Under the pieces are notes generated by a model. That model was given only the letters and a program-made list of their open reading frames with translations, had not been told where the DNA came from and did not search any database. DNA of 64,000 nt, taken from NCBI GenBank assembly GCA_963785875.1, contig CAWAWV010000006.1, positions 53,590 to 117,589 on the forward strand, read 5' to 3'. The position numbers and the translations under genes are program-made. Source of the stretch: an uncultured Thermoleophilia bacterium (GTDB taxonomy: Bacteria > Actinomycetota > Thermoleophilia > Gaiellales > Gaiellaceae). Shown here in pieces: positions 28,890 to 39,462 of the stretch. Within the stretch, counting starts at the first letter, position 1. Every line of letters begins with the position of its first letter.

Positions 28890-30436
28890 CTCTTCCTCGC
28901 CACGGGCACGGGCATTGTGGTCGCGGTCGAGGAAGCTGTTGGCCCACGCGCTCGTCCCCGCGAGGGCGTTGTCCTTGACGACCACCGGGCCGTCGAGCAG
29001 TGGTCGGCCTCGCCGAACGCCTTGCGGCGCTCGTAGGCCTGCGACCAGATGCACTCGGTGTCGTAGACCTCGCAGAGGCCGTCGCGGGTGCCGCCGCAGG
29101 GCCCGTTGCGCTGGTTCTTCGCGCACATCGACTCGGGGCAGACGTAGGCGATCTCCGGCAGCGAGCAGTCGCCGCAGTCGCGACAGCGGAACAGCGTCAC
29201 CTTCGCCGCCTGCTCGAGCCCGTGCGCCGCCCGCCGCACCACGCGCGGCCCGCGGTCGAGCCCGCGGTAGACGGCTCGGCCGGCGGGGCGCAGCGGCGCA
29301 TCTTCGCGCGAAGACGGCGTCGTGCAGCCGCCGGCTGAAACGGTACGGAGCGGCACGCGCAGGTCGGTGCGCCGCCGCGCCGTCGACTCCACGTAGGAGG
29401 AGCTGAGGGCGTCCGACGAGAGGCCCGTGTCCGGGTCGGGCTCGAAGAAGAGGAACTCGTCCGGGAACGGAAAGCGGATCTCGCCGCGCGAAGCCCCGCC
29501 AGTCGTCCGCTCCGTAGGCGGCGGCGCGCGTCGAGGATCTCGCCGAAGGTCGCGGCGGGCATGTGCCCGCCGAGGTACACGCCGGCGAAGCCGAGGCCGC
29601 GCGCCACGGCGACGTGCTTCGCCGCGAGGTCGAGGAAGAAGGCGCGGCCCTTGTCCGCGCTCGCCGCCGTGCCGCTCGGCGAGCGCGAGCAGCTCGTCCG
29701 TGACGACGACGCCCGGGATCGTGCCGCGGTGGAACGCGCGCGCGGCCGAGCGTGAGAGCAGATAGACGTTCGCGAGCGGCTGCACGTCGAGCGCGTCGCG
29801 GCGGATGAAGCGGAGCAGCTCGTCGTCCTTGCGCACGTCCCAGCCGATCTGGTTGATCACGAAGCGCGCCCCGGCCGCGACCTTCTTCCGCAGCTTCAGG
29901 TACTGCGGCACCACCTCGCGCTCGTGGCGCTTGTGGTTCGTGACGACGCAGCCGAGGAAGAAGTCCGTCCGGTCGAGCCGCGTCGCCGGCCGGCGCTCGT
30001 CGGGCAGCCCCTCGTTCATGTCCGCGAGCAGCGCGATCAGCCCGACCGAGTCGATGTCGAAGACCGGCGCCGCCAGTCCCTTGTGCCCGGCGACCGGATA
30101 GTCGCCGGAGAGCGCGAGGACGTTGTCGAAGCCCTCCGAGCCGAGCTTCCAGGCCCGGCTCTCGAGCGCGTTGCGGTTCCAGTCCTTGCAGGCGAGGTGG
30201 ATCACGACCTCCTGGCCGCGCGCGACGAGGTCGGTGCCGAGCGTGTCGGGCGCGAGCATCGCGTGGCCGCCCGGGTTGTCGGTGATCGACAGCACGTCGA
30301 TGCGCGGGTCGGCCGCGAGCTCGCGCGCGACCGCCTGCAGCTCCCGGCCGCTCGACGCCGTGATCAGGCCGCGGCTCGTGACGAGCTCCGCCGCGACGAC
30401 GAACGCGTGCCCGAGCCGGTCGCGCAATCCGGTCAT
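28872..30436 (-). pseudogene. metF: Methylenetetrahydrofolate reductase (MetF domain) fused to a Cys-rich MTHFR C-terminal domain, frameshifted
   Basis: ORF 28793..30436 gives the N-terminus MTGLRDRLGHAFVVAAELVTSRG..DVLSITDNPGG..VIHLACKDWNRNALES..LALSGDYP..FVINQIGWD. The C-terminal part reads FRCRDCGDCSLPEIAYVCPESMCAKNQRNGPCGGTRDGLCEV. The tail is in ORF 28872..30575. Confidence 0.8.
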
Positions 30437-31384
30437 CCGACGTCGGGGGTGCCGTAGGTGTGGAAGCTCTCGATCGTCTCCACGCCCCAGAACTGGCCGC
30501 GGGCGCGCTCGGCTCGGCCGTCCAGGCGACGGGCTCGAAGTCCGGGTCGTAGACGAAGTAGCCGCCGGTCGTCACCTCGATCCGGTTGCCGCCGGGCTCG
30601 AGGCCGTAGAGGAAGAAGCCCTGCGCGATCGCGTGCTTCGACGGAGCGGCCTCGATCGGGACGCCGTGGTCGACGAACAGGTCGGCCGCGCGCAGGCACT
30701 CCTCGCGCGTGTCGACCCAGAACGCGAGGTGGTGCAGCCGGCCGCGCGCGCCGTAGGGGTCGCGCGACGTAGATCAGCTCGTGCGCGGCGATCGTCAGGC
30801 TCATCCAGGCGCCCGTCTCGGTGCCGTCGTCGAGCTCGATCCGCTCGTAGAGGCGGTAGCCGAGGACGCTCCTGCGCGAAGTCGCGGCTCGCGCGCACGT
30901 CGGCGGCGAGCAGGTTGACGTGGTCGAGCCGCTTCACGCACGCGCCCCGCCCGACGTAGCGCTGCGGCTGGTTTCGCCACGACGGCCGCAGGTGGTCGGG
31001 GGCGACGTAGCGCTCGGCCTCGTAGTAGAGCTCGAAGACGTGCCCGTCAGGGTCGGTGAAGCGGTAGGCGGGGCCGTGGCCGACGTCGCCGTCGATCCAG
31101 CCGATGCCCGAGGCCCGTCGCCTCGATCGCCGCGACGCGCCGCTCGAGCGCCTCCGGGCTCCAGGCCCGCAGCGCCATGTGCCCGAGCCCGGCCTGCGAC
31201 GACTCGGTCAGCTTGAGGCTGTAGCGCAGGTAGTCGCCCCAGCCGCGCAGGTAGACGGACTGCGCGTCTCGCGCCTCCTCCTCCATCCCGAGCACGTCGA
31301 CGAAGAAGCGCAGGCTCTCCTCCGGCTTCGGCGTCAGCAGCTCGGCGTGGCCGATGCGGGCGACGTCGCTGCATCGCTTCGCAC
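30433..31384 (-). pseudogene. Type I (VOC-fold) extradiol ring-cleavage dioxygenase, catechol 2,3-dioxygenase-like, frameshifted
   Basis: Blocks present: RIGHAELLTPKPEESLRFFVDVLGMEEEA..VYLRGWGDYLRYSLKLTE (ORF 31047..31295), GHGPAYRFTDPDGHVFELYYE, KRLDHVNLLAADV, LHHLAFWVD and GFFLYGLEPGGNRIEV. They are spread over three frames. Confidence 0.75.
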
Positions 31385-31388
31385 GATC

Positions 31389-32001
31389 TCACCAGCGCCC
31401 GCAGGCCGTCGAGGTCGTAGGAGAGCGCGCCCGCCTGCAGCTGCGCGCGCTTCACGCGCTCCCGCTCGGCGCGCGCCCGCGCAGCCGGCAGCACCTCGTC
31501 GACGCGCTCGCGCTCGACGACGACCGCGCCGTCGGCGTCGAGCACGACGACGTCGCCCTGCGGATCGTCGCGCCGCCGACCTCGACCGGCTCGCCGATCG
31601 TGCCCGGCACCTCCTTCTCGGCAGCCGCGACGCGGACCAGCGCGCCCAGACCGGCAGGCCGAGCTCGCGCAGCTCGTCGACGTCGCGGACGGCGGCGTCG
31701 ACGAGCAGCGCCGCGACGCCGCGCCCCTTCGCCTGGGTCGCGAGCAGCTCGCCGACGAGCGCGTGCGGCGCCGGCTCGGGCATCGTCAGCACGAGCACCT
31801 CGCCCGGCTCCGCCTCGGCGATCGCAGCGTGCACCATCAGGTTGTCGCCCTGCGCCGCAGCGGACGGTGCGGGCGGGGCCGGCGGCCGCGCGAGCCCGGG
31901 GACGAGCTGGATCAGCGTCGACGTCGACGACCGCGCGAGCGCGCGGCCGCCTCGTGCACGGTCGCGCTCCCCAGCTCGGCGAGCTCGCGTAGGTCGCTCA
32001 C
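31389..32001 (-). pseudogene. RraA-like class II aldolase (4-hydroxy-4-methyl-2-oxoglutarate / 4-carboxy-4-hydroxy-2-oxoadipate aldolase family), frameshifted
   Basis: GTG 32001 overlaps the upstream stop (GTGA). Blocks present: SDLRELAELGSATVHEAA, GDNLMVHAAIAEAEPGEVLVLTMPEPAPHALVGELLATQAKGRGVAALLVDAAVRDVDELRELGLPVWA and GDVVVLDADGAVVVERERV. Confidence 0.7.
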
Positions 32002-32717
32002 AGCTCCTCGACCGACCTGCGGCGTCACGCGCTGGAACGCCTCGGCGTAGCGGATCGCCGCGTTGCCGGACGAGCGGCGCGCGTGGTTGCCGCGCTGCTC
32101 TGCGCGCTGGCCGTAGTAGGTCTGCAGGTACGCCTGCGCCTTCATCTCCGCCATCGCCGCGCGCTTCTGCTCGATCACCGGCGTGATGTCGACGAACGTC
32201 GTCGGCGTGAAGTTGCAGAGCTCGGGCTGGTGCGGCTCGAAGAGGAGGAGCTGCCGGCGGCTCGGACGGTCTCGAACGCGCTCGGCCACCCCCGCGCCGG
32301 CGGCCAGCGCGCGCGCCCGCTCGACCGCGTGGAAGGCGGCCGCGTGATCGGGGTTGAACGGGTCGCGGTCGGTGTGCGTGAGCGATCACGTCCGGGGCGA
32401 ACTCGCGGATCACGTCGGCGAGCCGTCGAGCGCCGTCGCGGTCGACCTCGAGCGGGTAGTCGCCGAGGTCGAGGCGAGGAAGTCGGCGCCCGAGCGCGGC
32501 GGCGGCGCGCTCGGCCTCGCCGTGGCGGATCTCCTTCACGCGCTCGACGGTCTGGCCCGGCTCCTTCCAGAGCTCGCCCGACTCGCCGCGCTCGCCGTAG
32601 GAGAGCGCGAGGACGCGCGCCGACGCCGCCGTTCGCGGTCGTCACGGCGATCGCGCCGCCCGCCCGCCAGACGAAGTCGGCGGAGTGCGCGCCGATCACG
32701 AGCAGGCGGCGGCTCAC
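31998..32717 (-). pseudogene. PIG-L/LmbE-family zinc hydrolase, GalB-type 4-oxalomesaconate hydratase candidate, frameshifted
   Basis: GTG 32717 overlaps the upstream stop. Blocks present: RRLLVIGAHSADFVWRAGGAIAVTTANGG, KEIRHGEAERAAAALG, LLLFEPHQPELCNFTPTTFVDITPVIEQKRAAMAEMKAQAYLQTYY and IRYAEAFQRVTPQV. Confidence 0.65.
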
Positions 32718-33648
32718 GCTGCACCCGGCCAGCCGCCGCGAGTTCGGTCGACGACCACTCGTCGCACCTCGTCCTCGCCGAAGCCGGCGTCGAGCAGCCG
32801 GTCGGCCCAGAGCGCGAGCCCGTCCTCGACGGGCGGGTAGTCGGGGTTGCCGAAGTCGCTCGAGAAGACGTTGCGCTCGAGGCCGACCGCGCGGATGCCC
32901 TCGAAGACGTGCTCCCAGGTCGACTTGCCGCTCAGCGGCGTGCTGAGAGCAGCGCTCGAAGAGGCAGCCGCGCGCCGGCGAGCGCGACCTGGTCCTCGAC
33001 CGAGTAGTTCTGGCTCGGGAACTCCGGATGGGTGACGACGACGCGCTCGACGCCCTCCGCGAACGCCGCGTCGACGACCGCGAACGCGTCGTCGCGGCCG
33101 AGGTGCGCCGGTCGCGAGCACGAGCCCGTGCCGCGCGATCGTCGCGGAGCACCTCGCGCGTCTCGCGGAGGCACGGCGCCGTCGTCGCCGCGGTCACGCG
33201 CACCGGGTCGATCTCGAGCCCGAGGCCGCGCAGCTCGTGCTGGAGCCCCGCCCAGATCGGCACGTTGTCACCCGGCTTCGGCTCGGTGCGCCCCGCCGTC
33301 TCGGCCGGCGAGTCGAAGGTCGGCATCCAGACGATCCGCGCTCCCTCGCGGGCGGCGATCTCGACGGCGAGCGGGTTCATGCCGCCGACCGCGCGGTTGA
33401 GCGTCAGCGTCCCGATCACGCGCACGCCCGGCACGACGCCCGAGACGACCTGCGCACGCTCGGCGGTCGAGGTGTAGTGCGACTTGAGCGCGAAGCCGGC
33501 GAGGCCGAGCTCCGCGAAGCGGCGCGCGAGCGCCACGTCGTCGATCCGCCGCGGCGAGCACGTCGGGCGCGATGTGGACGTGCAGGTCGTAGCCGCCGCG
33601 GACGAGCTCGCGTGCACGCTCGCGTCGGCTCGGACTCCGGTCGGTCAC
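32714..33648 (-). pseudogene. Amidohydrolase-fold (TIM-barrel metal hydrolase) protein, possible lactonase, frameshifted
   Basis: Blocks present: GGYDLHVHIAPDV (ORF 33268..33648), RRIDDVALARRFAELGLAGFALKSHYTSTAERAQVV..LTLNRAVGGMNPLAVEIAAREGARIVWMPTFDS (ORF 32175..33617), VVVTHPEF and VFSSDFGNPDYPPVEDGLALWADRLLDAGF (ORF 32714..33121). Confidence 0.6.
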
Positions 33649-33654
33649 CGGCCA

Positions 33655-34429
33655 CCCTAGCCGCGCCGAGGTCGGCGAGCGACGGCGCGCCGCTCGCGGC
33701 GGCGATGCGCGGCTCGACCCCGAGCTCGCGCGAGCAGCTCGCCGCGGCGTCCATCTCCTCGACGCGCCGCGCGGCGTGGCGCCGGCTGCCCTCGAGCGAG
33801 GCGCTCAGCAGCGCGGCGCCGATCGCCTCGGCGAGCTGCTCGCTCGAGCCAGTCCGCGTGGCCGGCCGCCGTCGGCGGCGTCGAGGCTCTCGAGCGCGGC
33901 GGCGGCGAGGCCCTTCATGAAGACGGAGCGCAGGAGCTTGCAGCGCGGCGGCGTCGCCGGGCTCGTCGGAGACGACCTCGACCGGCATCCCGAGCGGGCC
34001 GAGCAGCGCGGCGAACGCCTCGGCGCCCGGCGCCGGAGGCGAGCGCCGGCGTGCGCAGCCCGCGCGCCGGCACCGGGCCGAGCAGGGCGACGTCGGCGAA
34101 GCGCGGCGCCCGGCGGGCTCGACGAGCGCGGCGAGCTCGCGCTTCAGCGCCGGCGCCGCGGTGTTCAGGTCGGCGTAGACGGCGCCCGGCGCGAGCGCCG
34201 GCAGCGCCGCCGCGGCCGCACCGCGGAGCGACCGCCGCGCGAGTCGACGCTGAGCACGACCTCGCAGCCGCGCGGCCGCCGCCGCGGGATCGGCCGCGCG
34301 CGCGACTCCCCGGCACCGGCGACGGCGCCGGGTCGAAGCCGCGCACCTCGGCGCCCGCTGCGACGAGGTCGGCCGCGAGCCGCCGCCCGCCTCGCCGAGC
34401 CCGAGCACCGCGAAGGCCGGCGCGCTCAT
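33655..34429 (-). pseudogene. NAD(P)-binding oxidoreductase (6-phosphogluconate-dehydrogenase-like N-domain, DUF1932-type C-domain), frameshifted
   Basis: Starts at ATG 34429 and reads [29 protein letters not shown] (Rossmann fold). Further blocks: VYADLNTAAPALKRELAALVEPAG, FADVALLGPVP and AEAFAALLGPLGMPVEVVSDEPGDAAAL. The 3' end is approximate. Confidence 0.6.
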
Positions 34430-35421
34430 CGCGGCGCCCAGAGCCGTGCGGACGGCGGCGACGATCTCGGCCCGGCCGGGCAGGTACGCGTCCTCGAGCG
34501 GCGGGCTGAACGGGAACCGGCGCGAACGGGGCGCCGACCCGCGCGACCGGCGCGTCGAGGTCGTCGAAGCCGCCTCCTGCACGCAGCGCCGCGATCTCCG
34601 CGCCGAAGCCGCCGTGCGCGACCGCCTCGTGCGCGACGACGAGCCGGTGCGTCCGCCGCACCGAGCCGACGATCGTCTCGCAGGTCGAGCGGGACGAGCG
34701 TGCGCGGGTCGATCACCTCGACCTCGATCCCGCCTCGGCGGCGAGCTCGCTCCGCCGCGGCGAGCGCCTCGTGGACGAGCCGCGAGAGCGCGACGACCGT
34801 GACGTCGCGGCCCGGCGCGGCACGACGCGCGCGCGGCCGAGCGGCACCGGCCGCGGGCTGTCCGGGCACCTCCTCCGCGCCGGAAGTAGAGCGTCTTGTT
34901 CTCGACGAAGACGACCGGGTTCGGGTCGGCGATCGCGCTCGCGAGCAGGCCGGCCGCGTCGGCCGGCCGTGCTCGGCATCGCCACCTTCAGCCCCGGCAC
35001 GTGCGTCAGCCAGCCTCGAGGCTCTGCGAGTGCTGCGCGCGCGCCCCGCTGGCCGGCGCCGCCCTGCGTCCGCAGCGACGAGCGGCACCGTCAGCTGGCC
35101 GCCCGACATGAAGTGCGCCTTCGCCGCCGCGTTCGACGAGCTGGTCGAGCGCGAGCGTGAGGAAGTCGACGAACATGATCTCGAGCACCGGCCGGAGCCC
35201 CGACTGCGCGGCGCCGATCGCGACGCCCGCTGATCGCCGCCTCGCTGATCGGCGTGTTGCGGACGCGCTCGGCGCCGAACTCCTCGGCGAGCCCGGCGGT
35301 CGCGCCCCACGGGCCGCCCTCGGCGACGTCCTCGCCGAGCACGAGCACGCGCTGGTCGGCGCGCATCGCCTCGCGCGAGCGTCGACGGTGATCGCGCCGA
35401 GATAGTCGTCGTCTCAGTCAT
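34426..35421 (-). pseudogene. Thiamine-diphosphate-dependent 2-oxoacid/acetoin dehydrogenase E1 beta subunit (pair a), frameshifted
   Basis: Blocks present: [40 protein letters not shown] (ORF 35091..35366), [78 protein letters not shown] and [18 protein letters not shown]. Confidence 0.75.
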
Positions 35422-36440
35422 CCGCGTAGACCAGCTCCGCGGTCAGCGACGGCCGTCGGGAACGGGCTCTCGCGCGCGAACCGCACCGCCGCGCTCGACC
35501 TCGTCGCGCGGCCGCGGCCTCGAGCCGCGCCGGCGCCTCGCTCGTCGAGCCAGCCCTCGCGCGAGCGCCGCGCCGCTGCAGCCGGAGGATCGGGTCGAGC
35601 TCGCTGCCACTCCGCGCTCGGCGAGCGCCTGCGCGGTAGCGCTGCGGGTCGCCCTCGTAGTGCCCGCGCAGCGCGGTGCGTCAGGCACTCGAGCAGGAAC
35701 GGCCCCCCGCCCGTCCGCGCCGCGGCGAGGAAGCGCCCGAACGCCTCGCGCACGGCGAGGACGTCGTTGCCGTCGACCGTCTCGCGCTCGAGCCCGTACG
35801 GCGCGACGACGTCGCGACACGCGCTCGACGACCGTGTGCGCCGAGCGCGGCGTGAACTCGGCGAAGCCGTTGTTCTCGCAGACGAGGATCGAGCGGCAGC
35901 CGCCAGAGCGCCGCGAGGTTGACCGACTCGACGAAGATGCCCCGCCTGGACGGCGCCGTCGCCGAAGAAGACGACCGCGACCGCATCGCGTGCCGCGCAG
36001 CCGCGCCGCGAGCGCGCTGCCGAGCGCGAGCGGGACGTTGCCGCCGACGACGCCCGGTCGCGCCGAGGAAGCCGTGCTCGGCGTCGACGAGGTGCATCGA
36101 GCCGCCGAGCCCGCGGCAGAGGCCGCGCGTCGCGCCCCATCAGCTCGGCGAGCACCCGCTCGAGCGGCGCGCCCTTCGCGAGCGCGTGCCCGTGCGCGCG
36201 GTGGCTCGAGTAGACGGCGTCGTCGTCGCGCAGCTGCGCGCAGACGCCGGCCGCGACGCCCTCCTGGCCGATCGCTCAGGTGGACGAGCCCGTGCGACCT
36301 CGCTCGGCGCGCGTGAGCTGCCCGACGCGCTCCTCGAAGACGCGGATCCGCCACATCGACGCGGAGCAGCTCGACGGCCTGCGCCGCCGTCGAGCTTCCC
36401 CACGTACGGCCTCACGCGGTCACAGGCGCCGTCGCCGAGC
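35418..36440 (-). pseudogene. TPP-dependent E1 alpha subunit (pair a), frameshifted
   Basis: Blocks present: GGSMHLVDAEHGFLGATG, VVGGNVPLALGSALAARLRG, VVFFGDGAVQAG, LILVCENNGFAEFTPRSAH and VDGNDVLAVREAFGRFLAAARTGGGPFLLEC. They come from ORFs 35418..36155, 35443..36354 and 35681..36097. The 5' end is approximate. Confidence 0.75.
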
Positions 36441-37408
36441 ACCTGCGCACCGCGGCGACGATCTTCGCCTCGTCCGGCAGGAGGTACTCCTCCATCGGCT
36501 CGGCTGTACGGGATCGTCGCGTCGAGCGCCGTCACCTGGCCGATCGGCGCCTTCGAGCGAGCCGAACCCGTGCTCGACGCGACCTCGCGCCGCGATCACC
36601 GCCGCCGCCGACGCCGTGCCGCGTCGCCTGGTCGACGAGCACGAGGCGGCCCGTCTTCTCGACGGACTCGAGGATCGTCGCGCGTGTCGAGCGGCGCGAG
36701 CGTGCGCGGGTCGATCACCTCCGCCTGGATCCCCTGCTCCGCCAGCTGCTCGGCCGCGCCGAGCGCCTGGTCGACGCGTCCAGCCGATGCCGACGATCGT
36801 CACGTCGCCGCCCTCGCGCCGGACCGCCGCCTCGCCGAACGGGACGACGTGCTCGCCGTCGGGCACCTCGCCGTGCTCGAGGGTGAGCAGGTAGTGGTGG
36901 AGGTAGACGACCGGGTTGTCGTCGCGGATCGCGGTCGTCATCAGGCCCTTCGCGTCGGCGGCCGTCGACGGGGACGGCGACCTTGAGGCCGGGCACGCCC
37001 ATGAACATCCCGTAGATCGTGCCCGTGTGCTGGCCGGCCCAGCCGGCGGTGAACCCGTAGCCGGCCTTCAGCACGATCGGCACCTTCACCTGGCCGCCGC
37101 TCATGTCGTGGAAGCGCGGCGCCTCGTTCACGACCTGGTCCATCGCGACGAGCATGAACTCGGCCATGTACAGCTCGACGACCGGCCGGTAGCCGGCGAG
37201 CGCCGCGCCGACGGCCATGCCGATCTCGGCCGTCTCGGAGATCGGCGTCACGCGGACGCGGTCGCTCGCCGAACGCTGTCAGGAACGGGTCGTTCTCCGT
37301 CGTGGCGATGTTCTGGCCGAAGTAGAGGACGGACTCGTCGCGCTCCATCTCCTCGCGGATCGCCTCCTCGATCGCGGCGATGTAGGGAAGCTCGTGTGCC
37401 ATCGTCAT
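36420..37408 (-). pseudogene. TPP-dependent E1 beta subunit (pair b, AcoB-like), frameshifted
   Basis: GAGGAGGA lies before ATG 37408. The product reads MTMAHELPYIAAIEEAIREEMERDESVLYFGQN. Further blocks: TPISETAEIGMAVGAALAGYRPVVELYMAEFMLVAMDQVVNEA, GWAGQHTGTIYGMFMGVPGLKVAVP, AIRDDNPVVYLHH and DVTIVGIG. Confidence 0.8.
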
Positions 37409-37416
37409 CGTCCTCC

Positions 37417-38450
37417 TCAGGCGTAGACGTAGTCGAGGGCGTCTTCGGCCGCCGGGAACGGGCTCGCGAGCCCGAAGTCGACCGCCGCCTGCATCTCCTC
37501 GCGCACCTGCGCGGCGATCGCGTCGGCCTCCTCGGCCGGTGAGCGTGCCGTCCGCTGACGAGCCGCGCCGCGGAAGCGCGGGCACGGGGTCGCCGCGCTT
37601 CGCCGCCTCGTACTCCTCGGCGTTGCCGAACACGGCGATCGCCTCGTGCTCCGGGAAGTGGAGCGGCACGCCGGGCGGCGCGATGATGTTGCCGTGCGCG
37701 CTGAGCCGGTAGATGTGCGACTCGACGAGCGTCGGGCCGCCGCCGGAGCGCGCGCGCTCGACCGCCGCGCGCGACGGTCTCGTAGCACCTCGAGCGGGTC
37801 GCCGCCGTCGACGGTGACGCCGCGGCATGCTGAGTACGCCTTCGCCTTCACCGCGAGCGGCTCGCCGGCCGCGGCGTTCGCGTCCTCCTGCTCGGCGCGC
37901 GTGACGACGTTGTAGCCGTTGTTCTCCATCACGTAGACGATCGGCAGCTTCCAGAGCGAGGCGATGTTCAGCGACTCGTGGAACGCGCCCTGCTTCGAGG
38001 CGCCGTCGCCGAAGAAGCAGAGGACGACCTGCCCCTTGCCGCGGATCTGCGCCGCGTAGGCGGCGCCGGTCGCATGCGGGATGCCCTGCGCGACGATCCC
38101 GGAGGTGCCGAGGAAGCCGCGCGCGACGTCGGTGAGGTGCATCGAGCCGCCGTAGCCGCCGCAGAGCCCGTCCCTGCGGCCGTAGATCTCGGCCATCATC
38201 GCCTTCGGGTCGGTGCCGAGCGCGATCGGGTAGCCGTGGCAGCGGTACGTCGTGAGCAGCTGGTCGTCCGGCGCGCAGCGCCGCGAGCGAGCCGACGATC
38301 GACGCCTCGGCGCCGTCGGCGAGGTGCGTGTGCCCGCGGATCACGCCCGGGTGCTCCTCGAACGTCCGCTTGACGCGCTCCTCGAACTCGCGGATCCGCA
38401 GCATCTGCGTGTAGCATCCAGATGAGGCGCTCCTGGTCGAGGTCTCGGAC
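37417..38450 (-). pseudogene. TPP-dependent E1 alpha subunit (pair b, AcoA-like), frameshifted
   Basis: ORF 37417..38199 gives MMAEIYGRRDGLCGGYGGSMHLTDVARGFLGTSGIVAQGIPHATGAAYAAQIRGKGQVVLCFFGDGASKQGAFHESLNIASLWKLPIVYVMENNGYN. The N-terminus (TQMLRIREFEERVKRTFEEHPGVIRGHTHLADGAEA) is in another frame. The 5' end is approximate. Confidence 0.8.
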
Positions 38451-38454
38451 ACCC

Positions 38455-39371
38455 GGGCGTCCTTTCGGCTCGGCCGCGAGCTGCTGCGGTCGTCGTGTCG
38501 TACGCCCGCTCGAAGATCCGCTCGATCGGCTGGTTGCGCAGCTCCTCGGAGAGCACCTCGACGCCCCAGGGGCCGTCGTAGCCGAGCTCGCGGCAGACGG
38601 CGACGTAGTCGCGGATCGGGAACTCGCCCTCGCCGGGGAGCGCGGCGGTGGTTGACGATCTCGTCGACGAGGTCGGGCCATGCTCGCGTAGCGGCCCGTC
38701 GCGAGAGCTCGACCCAGCCGAGGTGCCGCGCCGGGATGCGGCGCAGGTCGTCGGGCGCGATCCCGAGCTTCGCCATGTGCCACGTGTCGATCGCGAGACC
38801 GCCGTTCGGCGCGTCGGCGCCCTCGACGACGGCGAGCGCCGCGTCGAGGTCGTGCACGTTCGACGTCGAAGGGCATGAACTCGTAGACGATCTTCGCGTC
38901 GTGGTGCTCCGCCGCGTCGGCGCACAGCTCGGCGTAGCGCTCGGTCAGCTGCGCGGAGGCTCGCACGGCGTCCCGGGGATGTTGCCGACCTTCACGTGGT
39001 GGCGCCGAGAGCTCGGCGGCCGCCTCGAAGAGCAGCGCGCGCGTCCGGTCGGACTCGCGGCGGCGCTCGTCGTCCGGGTCGAGGAACCACTCCATCAGGA
39101 ACTCGAGCTCGAGATGGCGCGAGGCCGTTGTCGTCGAGGAGCCGCTTGCACCTCCGGCAGGGTCCGCGTCTCGAGGACGTGCTCGAGGTCGGCGTGCCAG
39201 ATCCCGATGCCGCTGAAGCCGACCCGCGCGGCCTGGGCGCAGCGGTCGCGCAGGTCGAAGAGGCTCCACTCGCGCCCGACGTGCACCTCGACCGGGCCCG
39301 GAGACCGTCCAGTAGAGCCCGAGCAGGTCGCGTCGCCGGCCATCGGTCAGGGAGAACCTATACCGCTGCAT
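38455..39371 (-). pseudogene. Xylose-isomerase-like TIM-barrel protein (sugar phosphate isomerase/epimerase family), frameshifted; first gene of the long minus-strand string
   Basis: Starts at ATG 39371 and reads MQRYRFSLTDG. Further blocks: AARVGFSGIGIWHADLEHVLETRTLPEV, RHLELEFLMEWFLDPDDERRRESDRTRALLFEAAAEL, GLAIDTWHMAKLGIAPDDL and LPGEGEFPIRDYVAVCRELGYDGPWGVEVLSEELRNQPIERIFERAYDTT. Confidence 0.65.
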
Positions 39372-39400
39372 ACATTCCGCGCCACCCGGATCGCCGGAAC

Positions 39401-39447
39401 CCTGGTTTCACGGGCGAGACCTGGTTTAGGCTGCATGCAATTACCAG
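39401..39447. promoter_or_regulatory. Candidate operator in the 91-bp divergent intergenic region (TIM-barrel gene / GMC oxidoreductase)
   Basis: A direct repeat CCTGGTTT occurs at 39401-39408 and 39420-39427. The inverted pair CTGGT (39421-25) / ACCAG (39443-47) flanks the palindromic core TGCATGCA. This is sequence pattern only. Confidence 0.25.
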
Positions 39448-39462
39448 ACGGGAGGGTGCCCG

